64,000 nt of DNA from Guillardia theta CCMP2712 (Eukaryota > Protista > Cryptophyta), in the NCBI RefSeq assembly GCF_000315625.1, contig NW_005434643.1:526812-590811 (forward strand). Reading direction: 5' to 3'. Below are positions 59,871 through 64,000 of the stretch, in pieces. The notes under the pieces are model-generated. The model was not told the DNA's origin. It worked only from the letters and a program-made list of their open reading frames with translations, and did no database searches. Position numbers and translations under genes: made by a program. How positions within the stretch are numbered: the first letter of the stretch is position 1; each line of letters starts with the position of its first letter.

Positions 59871-60134
59871 GAGGCGGACTTGGCTCAGATGCGGCGAGTG
59901 ATGCGGATTTATGGGATTTATTGGAGAAAGATGGGGAGGAGGAGGAGGAGGAGGGGGAGGGGAACAAAAGAACAAGGAACGAGTGAAAATAGAATCATGT
60001 TGGGGAGGAGACGAGATTGAACAGGTCTCAGACAGAGGGAAGGGGGGGAGAGGAGGGGAACAATATTCTTCATCTTCATCACCTCTTTCACGATCAACCA
60101 AGTTATGCTGATCAATGTAAACCTATCCAGCATC

Positions 60135-61223
60135 ATGTCACTGATCCCTGCGCGGTCGTCTTGGCCCCTGCAACTTCTGCTACTCTCAGCGCTGGTACTT
60201 CATGTGATGACCGGGCCATGTGTGCTGACGGCAGCTCTCGGTAGGTTGTCGGCTGCGGCTCCGATGGAAACCTTCATCAAAGCTCGGCGCTGCATCTGGT
60301 GAACTTCTGCCTTCGTGAAGGAAGCTTGTGACGTGAAGGAACAGCGAGCTGTGAGGACTCTGAGTCGCATCCGGGGAGGGCGCCAGGTACTCTGCTTGAT
60401 CTCCGTGGAGAGCAACTGACAAACGTGCATGCAAGGCTTGTTCGCCGCCGCAGGGATCCTCTGAGGTTGAGGGACCGCAACTGCCGCCTGCTGCGGTGAG
60501 TCAGCAGCTTCTAGCGGGATTGGCAGGGCGGGAACGCGCCTGAGATGCTTTAGGCCCCCGCGCCATCGGAAGAGGAGGAGAGCTCCGAGGACGCGGAGGA
60601 GAGAGACTCAGGAGAGTCGGACGTGAGATTGGAAGAGGATGCTGACTCCAAGGATTCCTATGTGTCAAGTTCAATGGACAAGGATGAGGACAAGGACGAG
60701 GATGAGGACAAGGACGAGGGCAAGGTGAAGGACGAGGACGAGGTGAAGGAGGTAGAAGTGGGATGGGACGAGGACGAGGATAAGGGAAAGAAAAGAGGCA
60801 GGAAGACACGCAAGGCAAGCAATGCTGCCAGGTGAAGTTAGATCAACATGGTGGCCCGCATGTCCTGACGTCATGGTTGAAAGGTTCATCGCAAGAGTCG
60901 AACGTACAATGGGAGTGAACGCGACTGCGGGTCAAGACGTTTATGCTGTTTGCTTTGCATCCTGACGGTGGGCAGAGGAGCAAGAATACGAGACGCAAAG
61001 CACGAGTGCAGAAGGGATTTCTCTGTCGGAGGAGGAAGTGAACGCTGAGGAGGATGCGGAGGAGGAGGGCTCGGGGGTGAACTTTGAGGAAGGTTCGACT
61101 GATTTTGTTTGCGCCTCGTGTTCGCTTGCAAGTGTTTGGATGCGACTCAATCGTGTGCGCCGTTGCTCCATGTGTGCATGCGATATGTTGAAGAGGAGGA
61201 TGAGAATGAGGACGATGACGGGA

Positions 61224-61260
<37 letters not shown>

Positions 61261-61782
61261 TGACGATGATAATGACGAGGACGATGACGATGTTGATCCT
61301 AATTCAAATGAACCCTGCCCTTGAAAGAGCTCACGGTGTATTGTTGCAGTCCTTGAGCAGGCGAAGCAAGGAGACAAGTATGCTCAGTTTGAGCTTGCGG
61401 TATTCATGTTGGTTACGAGAACTTGCACTCGTTCACTTGAGGAACAAACAGGAGATTTTTTCCTCCGGCGAACACTGCAAGAAAGACAAAAACATGTCTA
61501 TGTTCTGGTGAAACTATTCTCTCTACTTACCGTGTTCCTTCTCTTTCTTCTGATCCCTTCTCCTCATCCCCGCCCGTCCCTCCTCCTCCCCGCCCCTCCC
61601 TGCTCTTCATGTTTCTTTCTTCCTGAGGTTTTGTTCTGCTCTAAAATGTTTTCCGTCTAGGTTGAGGACTGCAGCAGAACATGGACACGTAGATGCGCAA
61701 GTAGGGCCTCCCTCCTCCTCCTCACCCCTTCCTTTCCCTCCTCCTCCCTTTCCTTCCAACCTCCCCTTCCTCCTCCTCCTTC

Positions 61783-61866
<84 letters not shown>

Positions 61867-62867
61867 CTTCCCTTCCCTCCTCCTCCTCGTCCTCCTCCTC
61901 CACCACCACCACCACCACCACCACCACCACCACCACCACCTCCTCCTCCTCCTCCTCCTCCTCCTCCTCCTCCTCCTCCTGCTCCTCCTCCTTCTCCTCC
62001 TGAACTACTACCACCTCCTCTTTCTCCTTCCTCTACTCCTCCTCCCCCATCCTCTTCCTCCTCCTCGTCCTCCTCCTGAACTACTACCACCTCCTCCTCC
62101 TTCTCCTTCACCTTCTCTTCCTCCATCACCTCCTCTTCCTCCTCCTCCTCCTCCTTTTGCTCGATTTCCTCCTCCTTGATCGCTTCCTCCTCGATCTCCT
62201 CCTCCTTCTCCTCGACCTTCTCCTTCCTCTGCTCCTCCTCTTCCTGGTTCTCCTACTCCTCCTTGTCTCGTTACACTTCCCTCCTCTTTTCCTTCCCTTT
62301 TCTCGTGTGTCTTTCTTTTTACTGGCTTGTGAAGTTACAACTCGCTACTCGCCTGGCCCGAAAGAAGGCAACAGGCAACCAGGTCTCCTCCTCCTCCTCC
62401 TCCTCCTCCTCCTCCTCCTCCTCCTCCTCTTCCTCCTCCCTTTACTCTCAAGCAGACGGAAGCAACACATTGGTACCTGCAAGCAGCTGAAAGGGGAGTG
62501 GGTGAGATTACAGAGAGTGGGAGCATGAGCATGAGACGCAACGCAGCGTCGGCGCAGCACAACGTGGCTGGGCGTTTGTTTCAAGGGATAGGATGCTCCA
62601 AGGTGAACGTTCTACCATGTTCTCCTCCTCCTCTCCTGCCTTGACCGCTTCTTGCTCATCGTCCCATGTCAGAATGCCACGAAAGCTATCGAATACTACA
62701 AGAGAGCGGCCAGTCGAGGAATTACCAAGGCTCAGGAAAGCAGGAGGGGAGGAGGAGGAGGAGGAGGAGGAGGAGGAGGACAGTAGGAGGGAAAGGAGGA
62801 CGACAGGAGGAGGAGGAGAAGCAGAAGGAGAAGGGATGGGGTGTGGCGCTGGAGGGTGGGTTTGGGG

Positions 62868-62899
<32 letters not shown>

Positions 62900-63200
62900 T
62901 GATGTCAAAGAGATAAGCCGCTAACTTGCCACCGTGCAGCTGATGCTGGCAACCATCTACGAAGAAGGAGAAGTGGTGGATCAGGTGGAGAGAGGAGGAT
63001 TGACGACAAGAAGATGGAGAGGGAAGTTGAGGAGAAGGGGGAGAAGGAGGAAAATTCAGTCAGAGAAACGAGCGCGAGGAGAAAGGACGAGCACGAGGAG
63101 GACGGAGGAGCAAGGGAGAGGAAGGAGGAGAAGCAAGGGATAGGAAGGAAGAGGAAACAGGGGAGAGGGAGGAAGAGGAGGGAGGAAGAGGAGACTTGAA
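60135..63200 (+). CDS. Hypothetical signal-peptide protein with acidic low-complexity exons; structure and end uncertain
   Basis: MSLIPARSSWPLQLLLLSALVLHV signal-like start, then D/E/K-rich exons (60623-60832, 61038-61080, 61187-61320) bounded by GT/AG. Confidence 0.35.
61783..62437. repeat. Compound microsatellites (CAT)n, (CCA)n, (CCT)n
   Basis: Visible trinucleotide runs. Confidence 0.95.
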
Positions 63201-63373
63201 CATTCACACGTTGCAGGACATTCCAAGGGCTGTGAAATATTACCAGAAGGTACAGGAGCACGTGCGAGCATGCGAGTGACTGTGAGGTGAAGGCGGCGGA
63301 CGCGGGGGATGAGCGAGGGGAAGCAAGCCTGGGGGTCCTGCTGATCCAGGTGAGAAAGGGAGAGAGAGAGGGT

Positions 63374-63499
<126 letters not shown>

Positions 63500-63779
63500 G
63501 CTGGAGTAGCTGCAGAAATTTGGGAGCAAGAAGAGACAAGGGAGGATTTAGTTGCTCCTCCTCCTCCTCCTCCTCCTCCTCCTCCTCCTCCTCCTCCTCC
63601 TCCAACTGGAAACTTTTGGCTGAAAGGACTGCGCAGGGAAGTCACGGGCTGAAACAAGACGCGGAGGTGAGAAGCTCGGTCTATTTTCTGTTCCTTACGG
63701 GCAGCAGGAGGGACTGGCGCTACTGCATTCCGCTGCGAACAAGGTAGATGATGCGCCGATGCAATGAACACGAGCTGGG

Positions 63780-63816
<37 letters not shown>

Positions 63817-64000
63817 AAACCGAAAGAGGAAGACACGGAGGAGGGGGGGGAGGAGGAGGAGGAGAAGAAGAAACATGGGGAGAAGAAAGACGAGGAGAAT
63901 GAGAAGAAATAAGAAAGAGAAGGGGTACTGAGGAGGGCAGGGATAGGGAAGGAGAGGAGAAGGAATTTGGTAGGAAGGAGTGAGCAAGAAGCCTGAGAGG

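Overview
Gene-dense eukaryotic nuclear DNA with mostly short (about 45-55 nt) spliceosomal introns. Gene content and leader peptides point to an alga with a complex red plastid, most likely a cryptophyte; this is inference from RWP-RK factors, signal+transit leaders, an RLRGG leader, PLGG1 and CFAP298. Recognisable genes: WDTC1-like WD40 protein, CARNMT1, two Cdc14 phosphatases, a 5'-truncated Cdc7, PLGG1/LrgAB, Got1, two RWP-RK copies in a 1.47 kb duplication flanking an intronless PRTase, RPB5, a COG0523/CobW GTPase, a giant-virus A18-type helicase carrying an intron, CFAP298, a double-basic-region bZIP, an HtrL-like protein and a TylF-like methyltransferase. Non-coding structure is prominent. 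Eight 0.5-0.9 kb GC- and palindrome-rich islands share a vocabulary, three share an exact 15-mer, and many abut strand-skewed ACCC/GGGT tracts. A decayed Copia-like element is followed by a 137-bp tandem array of long hairpins and a 308-bp LTR. A type II membrane protein with five copies of an unrecognised ~40-aa repeat looks like a processed peptide precursor. There is a 100-N assembly gap at 54596-54695. All assignments come from motif recognition by eye; no searches were run, and exon boundaries not stated explicitly are approximate.
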